Shown here: piece after piece, positions 1 through 11,896 of the stretch | Position numbering within the stretch: the stretch's first letter is position 1 | How the letters are laid out: each line of letters opens with the position of its first letter | Origin: an uncultured Arcobacter sp. | GTDB taxonomy: Bacteria > Campylobacterota > Campylobacteria > Campylobacterales > Arcobacteraceae | Direction of reading: 5' to 3' | Assembly: GCA_965140705.1 (NCBI GenBank) | Contig: OZ223300.1 | Coordinates: forward strand, 480,001 to 544,000 | Length of the DNA: 64,000 nucleotides | Position numbers and translations under genes: made by a program | Notes under the pieces: generated by a model | Database searches by the model: none | What the model was told of the DNA's origin: nothing | Seen by the model: the letters and a program-made list of their open reading frames with translations, nothing else

Positions 1-1
1 A

Positions 2-664
2 GCAATTAAAGATGCTAAAGGTATTAAAGGTATTGTTTTAGATTTAAGAAATAACCCAGGTGGATTATTAACTCAAGCAATAGGAACAACTGATTTATTT
101 GTAGATAAAGGAATCATAGTTTCACAAAAAGGTAGAGATCCTTCAAGCGAAGAAACTTTTAATGCAAACTATTCAAAAACATTGACAAGAGTACCTTTAA
201 TTGTCCTAGTAAATGGAGGTAGTGCATCTGCTTCAGAAATCGTAAGTGGAGCTTTACAAGATCATAAAAGAGCAATTTTAGTTGGGCAAAAAACTTTTGG
301 AAAAGGTTCAGTTCAAGTTGTATTACCAATTACTGCTGATAAGAGCGAAGCTATTAAATTAACTATTGCTAAATATTACTTACCAAGTGGAAGAACAATT
401 CAAGCAACAGGTATTACTCCTGATGTAATAGCATATCCAGGAGAAGCTGTAAAAGCACCAGATATGGATTTCATGATAAAAGAAGCTGATTTGAAAAAAC
501 ACTTAAAAAGTGAATTAGAAAAAGTTGATGGAAAAGATAAAGACGTAAAAAAAGAAACTAAAAAAGATGATAAAAAAATTATCACAGACGAAGAGTTGTT
601 TAAAGACAATCAGTTAAAAACTGGTGTTGATATTTTAAAAAGTTTAATAATTATAAATAAATAA
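2..664 (+). CDS. ctpA: C-terminal processing protease (S41 family), 5' part lies outside the window
   Basis: Frame is open from the window start (DLRNNPGG). Contains SASASEIVSGALQD and TFGKGSVQ S41 motifs. Confidence 0.93.
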   Translation, partial: AIKDAKGIKGIVLDLRNNPGGLLTQAIGTTDLFVDKGIIVSQKGRDPSSEETFNANYSKTLTRVPLIVLVNGGSASASEIVSGALQDHKRAILVGQKTFGKGSVQVVLPITADKSEAIKLTIAKYYLPSGRTIQATGITPDVIAYPGEAVKAPDMDFMIKEADLKKHLKSELEKVDGKDKDVKKETKKDDKKIITDEELFKDNQLKTGVDILKSLIIINK

Positions 665-689
665 AAAAGAATATATAAAGGAAAAATAG

Positions 690-1643
690 ATGAATATAAG
701 TGATATTGTAGCACTTGGTCTTTGGCCCCAATCAAAGAAAACTACAACAAAAAAGGGTATTCAAGAGTTAGAAGATTTAGGATATAATTTATTTTATATA
801 GGGAAAAATGCGGATCTTTATACTTGCCCAGGAGATGATGCAAAAGTATTACTTGTAAGAAGTGATAGATGTTCAGTATTTGATATTCCTTTAAATTTAG
901 AGATTGAAGAAAAGGGAGTTTGGCAAACTGCTATTTCAAATAATGGTGCAAAATTTGCAGAAAATGCAGGTATAAAAACAGCTGTTTTATCTGAAAATGT
1001 AGACCCCTCTTTAAGTATAGCTCCAAGATGTCAAATAATGGAGTTATGTAAAGCATTAGAAGCTGAGATTGATGGTGATGTTGTACAATTTGAGTTTATT
1101 TTTAGAAACTATTTAACAGGTTCTTTATTTGAAGCAACAAAAAATGGTAATGATCCTTATGGCTTAAATTTACCATCAGATTTAAATGAGTGGCACAAAT
1201 TTGAAACTCCAATCTTCACTCCAACTACAAAAGGTGTAAAAGATATTCCTTTAAACTCTGAAAAAGTAAGAGAAAAATTTCCTGAAATTATTTCTAGTTT
1301 GGAAAAACTTTTTAAAGAATTTACTCAATATGCACAAGATAATGGCATAGTTGTTGTGGATACAAAGCTTGAAGTATTTGTAAATGCAAAAGGTGAATGG
1401 ATTTTAGGTGATGAGATATTAACACCAGAGAGTTCAAGATTTATCTCAAAAGAGAATTTTGATGCTAAAAACTACATCTCGATGGATAAACAAATTCTTA
1501 GAAATTTTGCTAAAGAAAACAGTTGGAAAGAAAAAGCAAAAGATTTAAAAGCAGGTGAAAAATTAAATGTAGAAGTTCCAGATTCTATTAAAAACGAGGT
1601 TTTAAGTGGATATAAAACTATCCATGAAAGATTGAGTAAATAG
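690..1643 (+). CDS. purC: SAICAR synthetase, atypical long form (317 aa)
   Basis: Motifs GK..LY, RSDRCSVFD, RNYLTGS, PIFTPTTK, DTKLE, DEILTPESSRF, DKQILR; lies directly upstream of purS/purQ. Confidence 0.88.
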   Translation: MNISDIVALGLWPQSKKTTTKKGIQELEDLGYNLFYIGKNADLYTCPGDDAKVLLVRSDRCSVFDIPLNLEIEEKGVWQTAISNNGAKFAENAGIKTAVLSENVDPSLSIAPRCQIMELCKALEAEIDGDVVQFEFIFRNYLTGSLFEATKNGNDPYGLNLPSDLNEWHKFETPIFTPTTKGVKDIPLNSEKVREKFPEIISSLEKLFKEFTQYAQDNGIVVVDTKLEVFVNAKGEWILGDEILTPESSRFISKENFDAKNYISMDKQILRNFAKENSWKEKAKDLKAGEKLNVEVPDSIKNEVLSGYKTIHERLSK

Positions 1644-1663
1644 TACAATTAAGAGATAGTTTT

Positions 1664-1694
1664 TGAAGTAATTTTTTCTAGAAAAATTACTTCA
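1664..1694 (+). terminator. Inverted repeat after purC, probable terminator
   Basis: TGAAGTAATTTTT / AAAAATTACTTCA; a TATAAT at 1707-1712 follows, upstream of purS. Confidence 0.55.
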
Positions 1695-1739
1695 GGTAGT
1701 TTTAGATATAATCGCAAAAATATAAATTGAAGGTAATAA

Positions 1740-1985
1740 ATGAAAGCAATCGTAAATGTAGCATTAAAACAAGGTGTTTTAGATGATCAAGGTAAAGCAA
1801 CACACCATGCTTTAGATACTTTAGGATTTAAAGAAGTTGTTAAAGATGTAAGAATTGGAAAACAAATTATTTTAGAATTAAATTCTAGCTCAAAAGAAGA
1901 AGCACAAGCTGAAGTTACGAAGATGTGTGAAAAATTACTAGCTAATACTGTAATTGAAGATTACAATATTACAATTACTGAGTAG
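1740..1985 (+). CDS. purS: FGAM synthase subunit PurS
   Basis: LKQGVLDDQG, VRIGK, LLANTVIEDY; 81 aa. Confidence 0.96.
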   Translation: MKAIVNVALKQGVLDDQGKATHHALDTLGFKEVVKDVRIGKQIILELNSSSKEEAQAEVTKMCEKLLANTVIEDYNITITE

Positions 1986-1989
1986 AATT

Positions 1990-2664
1990 ATGAACGTAGC
2001 AGTATTACAATTTCCAGGTACAAATTGTGAGTATGATACAAAATATGCTTTTGAAAAATTAGGTGCTATTGTTCAAATTATATGGCATAAAGAGAGTAAA
2101 TTACCAGAGAATATTGATTTAGTAGTTATTCCAGGTGGCTTCTCTTATGGTGATTATTTGAGATCAGGTGCGATTGCAAGATTTGCAAATATTATGGAAT
2201 CTGTAAAAGAGTATGCGGCAAATGGTGGAAAAATTTTAGGTATTTGTAATGGTTTCCAGATTTTACTAGAAGCTGGACTACTTCCAGGTGCTATGAAAAG
2301 AAATAGTTCATTACATTTTATTTCTAAATATAATCATTTAAAAGTAATAAATAACAATAATGTATTTTTAAATAAATTAGAAGTAAATGATGTAGTAAAT
2401 ATTCCAATTGCACATCATGATGGGAATTATTTTATTGATGAAGCTGGTTTAAAAGAACTTGAAGAAAATGATCAAATATTATTAAAATATTGTGATGAAA
2501 ATGGAAATCTTTCTAATGTAAATGGTTCTGTTTCAAATATTGCTGGTATTTGTAATAAAGAAAAAAACATTTATGGACTTATGCCCCATCCTGAACGAGC
2601 AATTGAGACACTTCTTGGATGTGATGATGGTGTTAAGATGCTAGAAGGTTTTTTAAATAAATAA
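1990..2664 (+). CDS. purQ: FGAM synthase glutaminase subunit PurQ
   Basis: FPGTNC, GGFSYGDYLRSG, GICNGFQ, MPHPER; start placed at ATG 1990 just after the purS stop. Confidence 0.96.
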   Translation: MNVAVLQFPGTNCEYDTKYAFEKLGAIVQIIWHKESKLPENIDLVVIPGGFSYGDYLRSGAIARFANIMESVKEYAANGGKILGICNGFQILLEAGLLPGAMKRNSSLHFISKYNHLKVINNNNVFLNKLEVNDVVNIPIAHHDGNYFIDEAGLKELEENDQILLKYCDENGNLSNVNGSVSNIAGICNKEKNIYGLMPHPERAIETLLGCDDGVKMLEGFLNK

Positions 2665-2686
2665 GAAGTAGTTTTTCTACTTCTTA
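2662..2686 (+). terminator. Short inverted repeat after purQ
   Basis: TAAGAAGTAG / CTACTTCTTA. Confidence 0.4.
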
Positions 2687-2699
2687 AAATAGGAAAAAT

Positions 2700-3899
2700 A
2701 TGAAGAGTATTTTTTATTTATTACTTATCTCACTTACATTATTAGCAAATGAACCACAAAATAGTACTGAACTAACTAATAGTGAAACTTCAGTTTTTGA
2801 TGCTAATAATAGCACTAAAGCAGAAGAGTTAAAACCAGATTATTATCAAGAAATAACAAAGCAAGATACACAAGATATATCAGCAGAAAAGAATATATAT
2901 TTATCTTATAAATATTTCCCAAGTAAGATTTTTAAAAATCAAAGATTTGAGATTATTATAAAAGCAATAATTACAAGTGATGATTATGATAAAATAGAGA
3001 CAAGATTTATAAATTCAAAAAATATGAATGTGCTAAATCCACAATCTCCTTGGACAGAAGTAGAAGATAAAACTTTTGAAAACATGTTTTATTTTAAAGC
3101 AAAGGAAGCTGATTTTGTATTACCCACTTTTCAAGTTGCAATATATAAAAATAATGCTTTAGTAGAAGTTGAAAGTATAGCACCAAAAGAAGTCTCTTTT
3201 ACAGAAATTGGTAAAAATATAGAAAACTTTTCATCAGTAATTGCAAAAGATTTAGTGATAAATGCTTACAAAACAAAACAATACAATAATGATGAATTAA
3301 TCACAATTATGGATATTAATGCAAAAGAATCAAATCTAGAGGACTTTTATATAAAAAATGTAAAAGAGCAGGGAGTTTCAAGTATTGATGATAAATATCC
3401 TGAACAAAATTTATTATATTATTTAGTTTTACCTGTTCATACAAAAAAGATTGATTTCTCATATTATAATAGTGACCAGAAAAAATTCATAACTATAAAT
3501 GTTCCAATAGTATTAGAAAATGAATTAGTAAGTACTCAAACAGATTTAAATCCAAACAAAAGTAATGTTTTGCTTTATAAAAGAGTTGTTTTTGGAAGTT
3601 TATTTGTACTATTTTTTATAATATTTATTTGGAAAAGAAAAAAAACTTATTTAATTATTGCCTTAATAAGTGCTGTTATATTATTGCTTTATTCTATTCC
3701 TAATAAAACAGAAATATTGAAAAAAGATAGTTATATTTATATACTTCCTACAAAAAAATCAACAATTTTCCAAAAAACAGATAAAGAACATGAAGTTCAA
3801 GTATCTATTAAAAGAGGCGACTTTGTGAAAGTTATTTTAGGAGATGGTGATAAAAGTATGATTGGATGGGTTAAAGAAAATGATCTTGTCAAAAATTAG
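2700..3899 (+). CDS. Exported membrane-anchored hypothetical protein with SH3-like C-terminus
   Basis: N-terminal signal peptide, two TM segments near the C-terminus, ending ...IGWVKENDL. Confidence 0.7.
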   Translation: MKSIFYLLLISLTLLANEPQNSTELTNSETSVFDANNSTKAEELKPDYYQEITKQDTQDISAEKNIYLSYKYFPSKIFKNQRFEIIIKAIITSDDYDKIETRFINSKNMNVLNPQSPWTEVEDKTFENMFYFKAKEADFVLPTFQVAIYKNNALVEVESIAPKEVSFTEIGKNIENFSSVIAKDLVINAYKTKQYNNDELITIMDINAKESNLEDFYIKNVKEQGVSSIDDKYPEQNLLYYLVLPVHTKKIDFSYYNSDQKKFITINVPIVLENELVSTQTDLNPNKSNVLLYKRVVFGSLFVLFFIIFIWKRKKTYLIIALISAVILLLYSIPNKTEILKKDSYIYILPTKKSTIFQKTDKEHEVQVSIKRGDFVKVILGDGDKSMIGWVKENDLVKN

Positions 3900-4572
3900 A
3901 GGAATTATTGTATTAATACAATTTACAATTAGTGTAGCATTTGTTGTTATTGCAATGTATACTTTTAAAAACCATGTACACAAAATTATAAAACTTTGGA
4001 TGAGACTTCAAATATATTTTTTAGGTATTACTTTCGAACAAGTTGGGAAGATGGATGAATCATGCGATATGATAATAATGAATCATCAAAGTCTATTAGA
4101 CATTATAGTAATAGAACATATTCACAATAAACATTTAGCTTGGGTAGGAAAAAAAGAGATTACAAATCTAATCTTTTTTGGTCATATTATGAAAGCGCCA
4201 AATATGATTACAATTGATAGAGAAAATAAAACTGGTTTATTAAAACTAATTAAAGATGCAAAAGATAGATTATCAAAAAATAGACCTATAGCAATTTTTC
4301 CAGAAGGTACAAGAGGTGATGGGAAAACTATGGGTCCTTTTAAACCAGGAGCTGCAATGGTTGCAAACAAATTAAATTTGAAAGTGCAACCTTTGATAAT
4401 AATAAATACAAAAAATATTCTTGATTCTCAAAAACTTGATGCAAAACCAGGAGTAGTTAAAATCATTTATTTAGACCCAGTTCAAGCTGATAAATCGACT
4501 AATTGGTATAAAGAAACAGAAGAAAAAATGAGAGAAGTCTTATCAAAAGAAATAGAAAAAGAGAAAAAATGA
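3880..4572 (+). CDS. plsC: 1-acyl-sn-glycerol-3-phosphate acyltransferase
   Basis: NHQSLLD and FPEGTR motifs; start approximate. Confidence 0.92.
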   Translation: MILSKIRGIIVLIQFTISVAFVVIAMYTFKNHVHKIIKLWMRLQIYFLGITFEQVGKMDESCDMIIMNHQSLLDIIVIEHIHNKHLAWVGKKEITNLIFFGHIMKAPNMITIDRENKTGLLKLIKDAKDRLSKNRPIAIFPEGTRGDGKTMGPFKPGAAMVANKLNLKVQPLIIINTKNILDSQKLDAKPGVVKIIYLDPVQADKSTNWYKETEEKMREVLSKEIEKEKK

Positions 4573-4955
4573 CACTATCATGGCAAACAATTTTAGCAGT
4601 AGGATGTGGAGGTTTCTTTGGAGCAATTTCTAGAGTTTATATAACTCATAGTATGAACTTATCTATGAAATCAGAATTTCCTTGGGGAGTTTTGACAGTA
4701 AATGTTGTGGGAAGTTTCATAATAGGAGTTTTATTCGCAATTTTTTTGCATTATACTGTTTCTGATACCTTAAAATCTTTTTTAACAACAGGCTTTTTGG
4801 GAGCTTTTACTACTTATTCAACTTTTGCAATTGAAAGTTACTTCTTACTTAATACTTCAATTTTTCTTGCTGGTGTAAGTATGTTTTTAAATCTTTTTGG
4901 AACAATCGTAGCAGCTGGTAGCGGATATAGACTTATTCACTTTTTACTTAGATAA
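4569..4955 (+). CDS. crcB: Fluoride channel Fluc/CrcB
   Basis: GGFFGAISR, FPWGVLTVN, TGFLGAFTTYSTF. Confidence 0.95.
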   Translation: MTLSWQTILAVGCGGFFGAISRVYITHSMNLSMKSEFPWGVLTVNVVGSFIIGVLFAIFLHYTVSDTLKSFLTTGFLGAFTTYSTFAIESYFLLNTSIFLAGVSMFLNLFGTIVAAGSGYRLIHFLLR

Positions 4956-5032
4956 AAAGTGCAATTTATTTAAGGATTAAGAAGATATAATAGCCTCTTA
5001 ATTTTTTTAAAAGTTCAATATAGGAGAATACT

Positions 5033-5266
5033 ATGGGTATGCCAGGTGGTATGGAATGGATATTAATTGCGTTGGTTGTTTTATTACTTTTTGGTGGTAA
5101 AAAAATACCAGAATTAGCAAAAGGTTTAGGTTCAGGAATCAAAAACTTTAAAAAAGCAGTTAAAGAAGATGATGACGAAGAAGTAGTTAAAGCTGATAAA
5201 GCAGATGAAATTGAAGATAAAAAAGCTGAGAAATCAGTAAATACTGAAGATACAAAAAAAGTTTAG
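5033..5266 (+). CDS. tatA: Twin-arginine translocase TatA
   Basis: [25 protein letters not shown]. Confidence 0.96.
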   Translation: MGMPGGMEWILIALVVLLLFGGKKIPELAKGLGSGIKNFKKAVKEDDDEEVVKADKADEIEDKKAEKSVNTEDTKKV

Positions 5267-5276
5267 GGATTAATAG

Positions 5277-6869
5277 TTGCAAATCTTAGTTAAAAAACAT
5301 ATAGAAGAAATACTAAAATTAGAAAATTTAGTTTTAGAAAAGCCTAAAGATATATCTTTAGGCCACTTTGCAACGCCTGTTGCATTCTCTTTAGCTAAAG
5401 AATTACGAAAAAATCCAATGCAAATTGCACAAGAATTAGCTGATAAGTTCAAAGACTCAGAAATTTTTGATAGTGTAACAGCAGTAAAAGGATTTGTTAA
5501 TTTTAAACTTTCTAATACATTTTTAGAAAATCTTATTTCAAAACTTTTTGAAGATGAAAACTCATTTGCAAAAGGTGAAAATAAAAATGAAAAAATTCTT
5601 TTAGAATATGTAAGTGCAAATCCTACTGGACCACTTCATATTGGTCATGCAAGAGGTGCAATTTTTGGAGATACACTTGCTCGTGTTGGAAGACACTTGG
5701 GTTATGATGTGCAAACAGAATATTATATCAATGATGCTGGTGCTCAGATGGATATGCTTGGTCTTTCTGTATCATTAGCTGGACGTGAGTTTTTATTAAA
5801 TGAAACAGTTGAGTATCCAGAGTCTTATTATAGAGGTGAATATTTAGTTGATATTGCAAAAGAGATTCAAAAGAATTTTGGCGATGATATTTTTAATGAT
5901 GAGTCAAGATTCAGAGAAATGGCAATGTTTGCTAAAGATGAAGTTCTAAAAATCATAAAAAAAGATTTAAAAGATATTGGAATAGAGTTTGATACTTTTG
6001 TTTCAGAAAACTCTTTATACTCTTCATGGGAAGATACAAAAAATGTTTTAGAAAAAAATGGTTCTTTGTATGAAAAAGATGAAAAAATATATTTAAGATC
6101 AACAGCACATGGTGATGATAGTGATAGAGTTGTTGTAAGAGACAATGGAATCCCTACCTATCTTGCTGGTGATATAATTTATCATAAAAATAAGTATGAT
6201 AGAAACTTTGATAGGTATATAAATATTTGGGGTGCAGATCACCACGGATATATTACAAGAGTAAAAGCTGCAATCGAGTTTTTAGGAAATGATTCATCTA
6301 AATTAGAGATTATTCTTTCTCAAATGGTACAACTTTTAAAAGGTGGAGAACCTTATAAGATGAGTAAGAGAAAAGGTAATTTTATTCTTATGAGTGATAT
6401 TTCTGAAGAGATTGGTGCTGATGCTTTAAGATTTGTATTTTTGACAAGAAAAAGTGATACACATTTGGAGTTTGATTTAGAGACCTTGAAAAACCAAGAT
6501 TCTTCAAATCCAGTATTTTATATAAATTATGCTCATGCTAGAATAAATCAAGTATTTGTAAAAGCAAACTTAACTCCAAAAGATGTAATAAATGAAAAAT
6601 TTGGAAATTTAAACGAAGATAGTATAAACTTAATTTATGAAGCTCTACTTTTACCAACAGTTATAAGTGAAGCTTTTGAAAAAAGAGATATGCAAAAAAT
6701 AACTGATTATTTGTATAATCTTGCATCTTCAGTTCATAAGTTTTACAATGAACATAAGATATTAGAAACAGAAGAACAAAATAGTTATTTAAAAGTATTA
6801 AGTGTAGTTTCTTTATCAATAAGAACAGGCTTAAATCTATTAGGAATCGAGGCTAAGGAGGTGATGTAA
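5277..6869 (+). CDS. argS: Arginine--tRNA ligase
   Basis: EYVSANPTGPLHIGH, WGADH, KMSKRKG, YINYAHAR. Confidence 0.97.
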   Translation: MQILVKKHIEEILKLENLVLEKPKDISLGHFATPVAFSLAKELRKNPMQIAQELADKFKDSEIFDSVTAVKGFVNFKLSNTFLENLISKLFEDENSFAKGENKNEKILLEYVSANPTGPLHIGHARGAIFGDTLARVGRHLGYDVQTEYYINDAGAQMDMLGLSVSLAGREFLLNETVEYPESYYRGEYLVDIAKEIQKNFGDDIFNDESRFREMAMFAKDEVLKIIKKDLKDIGIEFDTFVSENSLYSSWEDTKNVLEKNGSLYEKDEKIYLRSTAHGDDSDRVVVRDNGIPTYLAGDIIYHKNKYDRNFDRYINIWGADHHGYITRVKAAIEFLGNDSSKLEIILSQMVQLLKGGEPYKMSKRKGNFILMSDISEEIGADALRFVFLTRKSDTHLEFDLETLKNQDSSNPVFYINYAHARINQVFVKANLTPKDVINEKFGNLNEDSINLIYEALLLPTVISEAFEKRDMQKITDYLYNLASSVHKFYNEHKILETEEQNSYLKVLSVVSLSIRTGLNLLGIEAKEVM

Positions 6870-6985
6870 TGAAATGGATCATTATTATTTTCGCCGCGAT
6901 AATAGCAGTCGCAGTAATTACAGGTTATACAGGTGGTGCAAAAGATGCCACTACAAATTATGGAAAAGTTATGAGAGGAGGGTGA
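6869..6985 (+). CDS. Small 38-aa membrane-anchored protein (not in ORF track)
   Basis: TAATG stop/start overlap with argS, strong SD AAGGAGGTG at 6855-6863; MKWIIIIFAAIIAVAVITGYTGGAKDATTNYGKVMRGG. Confidence 0.7.
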   Translation: MKWIIIIFAAIIAVAVITGYTGGAKDATTNYGKVMRGG

Positions 6986-6986
6986 A

Positions 6987-7313
6987 TTAACCCTCTCTTG
7001 TAATTTCTAATTCGCTTAAAAATTCTTCTAAAGAGTATTTTTCTCTTGTTTTTTCTGTCATTAGGTGTATAAAAGCATCTCCTAAATCAATAACAGTCCA
7101 ATCATCATTGTCATCAACTCTTAAGAACTCTTCACCAGCTGGTTTTAGTTGCTCTTTTAAGTAGTTTAATAAAGCAAATGCATGTTTTGCATTTAATGTT
7201 GTAGCAATAACAACAAAATCTACAATATAATCTTTATCTTTAAGATTTATAAGTTCAACATTTACTGCTTTCTTATCTTCTAAAATCTTTACAATTGTTT
7301 CTTCTCTAGTCAA
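6987..7313 (-). CDS. rsfS: Ribosome silencing factor
   Basis: LEDKKA, WTVIDLGD, REKYSLE; likely TTG start at 7313 behind an AAAGGT SD; follows nadD. Confidence 0.92.
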   Translation of the reverse strand: MTREETIVKILEDKKAVNVELINLKDKDYIVDFVVIATTLNAKHAFALLNYLKEQLKPAGEEFLRVDDNDDWTVIDLGDAFIHLMTEKTREKYSLEEFLSELEITREG

Positions 7314-7326
7314 TATGTGTACCTTT

Positions 7327-7863
7327 TTAGTGCCAAAAATTTTTGACATCATCTTTTATTTTATTTGGAACAAACTCTAAGTCCAAATTATTTCTTAATT
7401 CAGTAGAACTTATATCAATATCTACATCTAAAGTCAATATATTATCATAAATATCATTACAAAACCCATTTCTTGTAACAACAACCAATTCTACTTCAGC
7501 TAAAATTTCATCAACCTTATGCCAAGTATTTAATTTTTCGTAGTTATCTGCACCAATAATAAAATATGTTTTATCTGGTTTGTAATACTCTTTTAAATAT
7601 TGGATGGTTTCTATAGAGTACACAGGTCTACTTTTATTTATTTCATAATCACTAACTATAACTTTTTCACAATCTTTAAAGTTTTTACTCAATAAATAAA
7701 GTCTTTCATTTGGACTTAAATGTGAAGTTATTTTTTGTGGATTTAAAAAAGTAGGAACTAAAATAATTAAATCTAAGTCAAGTTTTTTTAGGGCTTCTAT
7801 TACGATAGTCTCATGGGCGATATGTACCGGATCAAAACTACCACCAAAAATTGCAATTTGCAC
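7327..7863 (-). CDS. nadD: Nicotinate-nucleotide adenylyltransferase
   Basis: FGGSFDPVHIAH, IIGAD, ISSTELR. Confidence 0.95.
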   Translation of the reverse strand: MQIAIFGGSFDPVHIAHETIVIEALKKLDLDLIILVPTFLNPQKITSHLSPNERLYLLSKNFKDCEKVIVSDYEINKSRPVYSIETIQYLKEYYKPDKTYFIIGADNYEKLNTWHKVDEILAEVELVVVTRNGFCNDIYDNILTLDVDIDISSTELRNNLDLEFVPNKIKDDVKNFWH

Positions 7864-7952
7864 TTAATATAATCCTTTGTATTATACTTAAATTATATTA
7901 TAGCAACTTTTAGATAAAATGCCTAAAATATTATAAATATAAGAGGGACGAA

Positions 7953-8951
7953 ATGGCTATAAAAGTTGCTATAAATGGTTTTGGAAGAATTGGTAGATGT
8001 GTTGCTAGAATTATTGAACAAAGAGATGACGTAGAATTAGTTGCGATTAATGATACAGCTTCTACTGAGATGCTAGAGTATATCACGAAATATGATACTG
8101 TTCATGGAACTTTTAATGGAGAGGTTAAAGTTGTAAATGGATTTTTAAAGATGGGAAAAATCAATGCAAAACTTTATTCAACAAGAGATGCTAAAGAATT
8201 AACTTTTACTAAAGAGTGTGGAGCAGATGTAGTTTTAGAATGTACAGGTGCATATTTAACACAAGAGTCTTGTCAAGTACATATTGATAATGGTGCAAAA
8301 AAAGTAGTTATGTCTGCACCTGCAAAAGATGATACTCCAACTTTTGTATTAGGTGTAAATGAAAAAGAGTATAAAGGACAATTAATCATTTCAAATGCCT
8401 CTTGTACAACAAACTGTTTAGGACCAATTGCAAAAATGATTGATGATGCCTATGGGATTGAAAAAGGCTTAATGACTACAATTCACTCATATACAAATGA
8501 CCAAAATATCTTAGATGTAAAACATAAAAAAGATAAAAGAAGAGCAAGAGCAGGTGCTCAAAATATGATACCTACTACAACAGGTGCAGCTAAAGCTATG
8601 AAATTAATCATGCCTCAACTTGATGGTAAATTACATGGTCAAAGTGTAAGAGTTCCGACACCAAATGTTTCTATGGTAGATGTAAACTTTGTAGTTAAAA
8701 AAGATACATCAAAAGAAGAACTAAACTCTTTATTTGAATCAAAAGCAAAAGAATTTGCAGGAATAATTGCTGTTGATAATGAGATGATGGTTTCAAGTGA
8801 TTTAGTAGGAAATACAAACTCTACAATTATAGCTTCAGATTTAACACAAGTAATTGGTGGAAACATGATAAAAGTTATGAGTTGGTATGATAATGAATGG
8901 GGATACTCTTCAAGACTAATAGATATGGCTGTTTACGTAGCAAAAAACTAA
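7953..8951 (+). CDS. gap: Glyceraldehyde-3-phosphate dehydrogenase
   Basis: INGFGRIGR, SNASCTTNC, WYDNEWGY. Confidence 0.98.
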   Translation: MAIKVAINGFGRIGRCVARIIEQRDDVELVAINDTASTEMLEYITKYDTVHGTFNGEVKVVNGFLKMGKINAKLYSTRDAKELTFTKECGADVVLECTGAYLTQESCQVHIDNGAKKVVMSAPAKDDTPTFVLGVNEKEYKGQLIISNASCTTNCLGPIAKMIDDAYGIEKGLMTTIHSYTNDQNILDVKHKKDKRRARAGAQNMIPTTTGAAKAMKLIMPQLDGKLHGQSVRVPTPNVSMVDVNFVVKKDTSKEELNSLFESKAKEFAGIIAVDNEMMVSSDLVGNTNSTIIASDLTQVIGGNMIKVMSWYDNEWGYSSRLIDMAVYVAKN

Positions 8952-8959
8952 GGATATAA

Positions 8960-10156
8960 ATGAAATTACAAGAGCTTAAGAATATTGACATATCTGGTAA
9001 GAAAATATTTATTAGATGTGATTTTAACGTTCCAATGGATGAAGATAATAACATAACTGATGATAGAAGAATAAGAAGTGCACTTAGTACAATAAGATAT
9101 TGTATTGACCATGATTGTTCAGTTATTTTAGCTTCTCACTTTGGAAGACCAAAAGAGCCTTTTGATGAAAAATATTCTTTAAAACCTATTGCAAAAAGAT
9201 TACATACTCTTTTAAAACAAGAGATTAAAATGGCTAAAAATATTGTTCAAGATGATACTTTAGAGATTGCAAAGAACTTAGAAGTGGGGGATATTTTACT
9301 TTTAGAAAATCTTAGATTTCATGAAGGTGAAACAAAAAATGATGAAGAGTTTGCAAAAAAACTTGCATCAATGGCAGATGTTTATATAAATGATGCTTTT
9401 GGTGTATCTCATAGAGCTCATGCTTCTGTTGAAGGTATTACAAATTATTTTGATATGCAACATAAAGCAGCTGGATTTTTACTAGCAAAAGAGATTAAAT
9501 TTTTCCATCATATTGTACATAACCCAAAAAGACCTTTTGTATCAATAGTAGGTGGATCAAAAGTTTCTGGAAAACTTGAAGCCTTACACAATCTTGTACC
9601 AAAAGTTGATAAAATATTAATTGGTGGAGGAATGGCTTTTACTTTCCTAAAAGCTTTAGGATTAGAAGTTGGAAAATCTTTAGTAGAAGAGCATTTGATT
9701 CCTGAAGCAATTAAGATTATGGATGAAGCTAAAAATCTTGGTGTAAAGCTATATTTACCTGTTGATGTAGTTGCTGCTGAAGCTTTTGATGCAGAAGCGA
9801 TTGCAAAACTTGTAACTGTTCAAGAGATACCAAAAAATTGGTTTGGATTAGATATTGGACCTGCAACTGCACAACTTTTTAAATTGGCGCTAAATGATGC
9901 AAATACAATCCTTTGGAACGGACCAATGGGTGTTTATGAAATGGATAAATTTGCAAAAGGAAGTACAAGAGTTTCCCATGCAGTTGCTCAATCATTTGCG
10001 ACAACTGTTGTTGGTGGTGGAGATACTGCTGATTTAGTAAGAATAACTGGTGATGAAGATGAAATGACTTTCATCTCAACTGGTGGTGGAGCTTCTTTAG
10101 AATTGATTGAAGGGAAAATCCTTCCAGGTGTAAAAGCCTTACTATTAGAGGATTAA
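8960..10156 (+). CDS. pgk: Phosphoglycerate kinase
   Basis: [29 protein letters not shown]. Confidence 0.98.
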   Translation: MKLQELKNIDISGKKIFIRCDFNVPMDEDNNITDDRRIRSALSTIRYCIDHDCSVILASHFGRPKEPFDEKYSLKPIAKRLHTLLKQEIKMAKNIVQDDTLEIAKNLEVGDILLLENLRFHEGETKNDEEFAKKLASMADVYINDAFGVSHRAHASVEGITNYFDMQHKAAGFLLAKEIKFFHHIVHNPKRPFVSIVGGSKVSGKLEALHNLVPKVDKILIGGGMAFTFLKALGLEVGKSLVEEHLIPEAIKIMDEAKNLGVKLYLPVDVVAAEAFDAEAIAKLVTVQEIPKNWFGLDIGPATAQLFKLALNDANTILWNGPMGVYEMDKFAKGSTRVSHAVAQSFATTVVGGGDTADLVRITGDEDEMTFISTGGGASLELIEGKILPGVKALLLED

Positions 10157-10157
10157 T

Positions 10158-11827
<1,670 letters not shown>

Positions 11828-11896
11828 TGGACTTGAAAGTTTTAGATTTAAATTTTTGGAATTTAGATTTAAGATTTTAGAAAACATAGGAATGAA

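Noticed and set aside
1740..2664. purL absent next to purS/purQ
   Set aside because: An unlinked purL is ordinary in Campylobacterota.
11840..11882. Degenerate TTTAGATTTA repeats upstream of lysA
   Set aside because: Low-complexity AT-rich sequence, too short to support a function.
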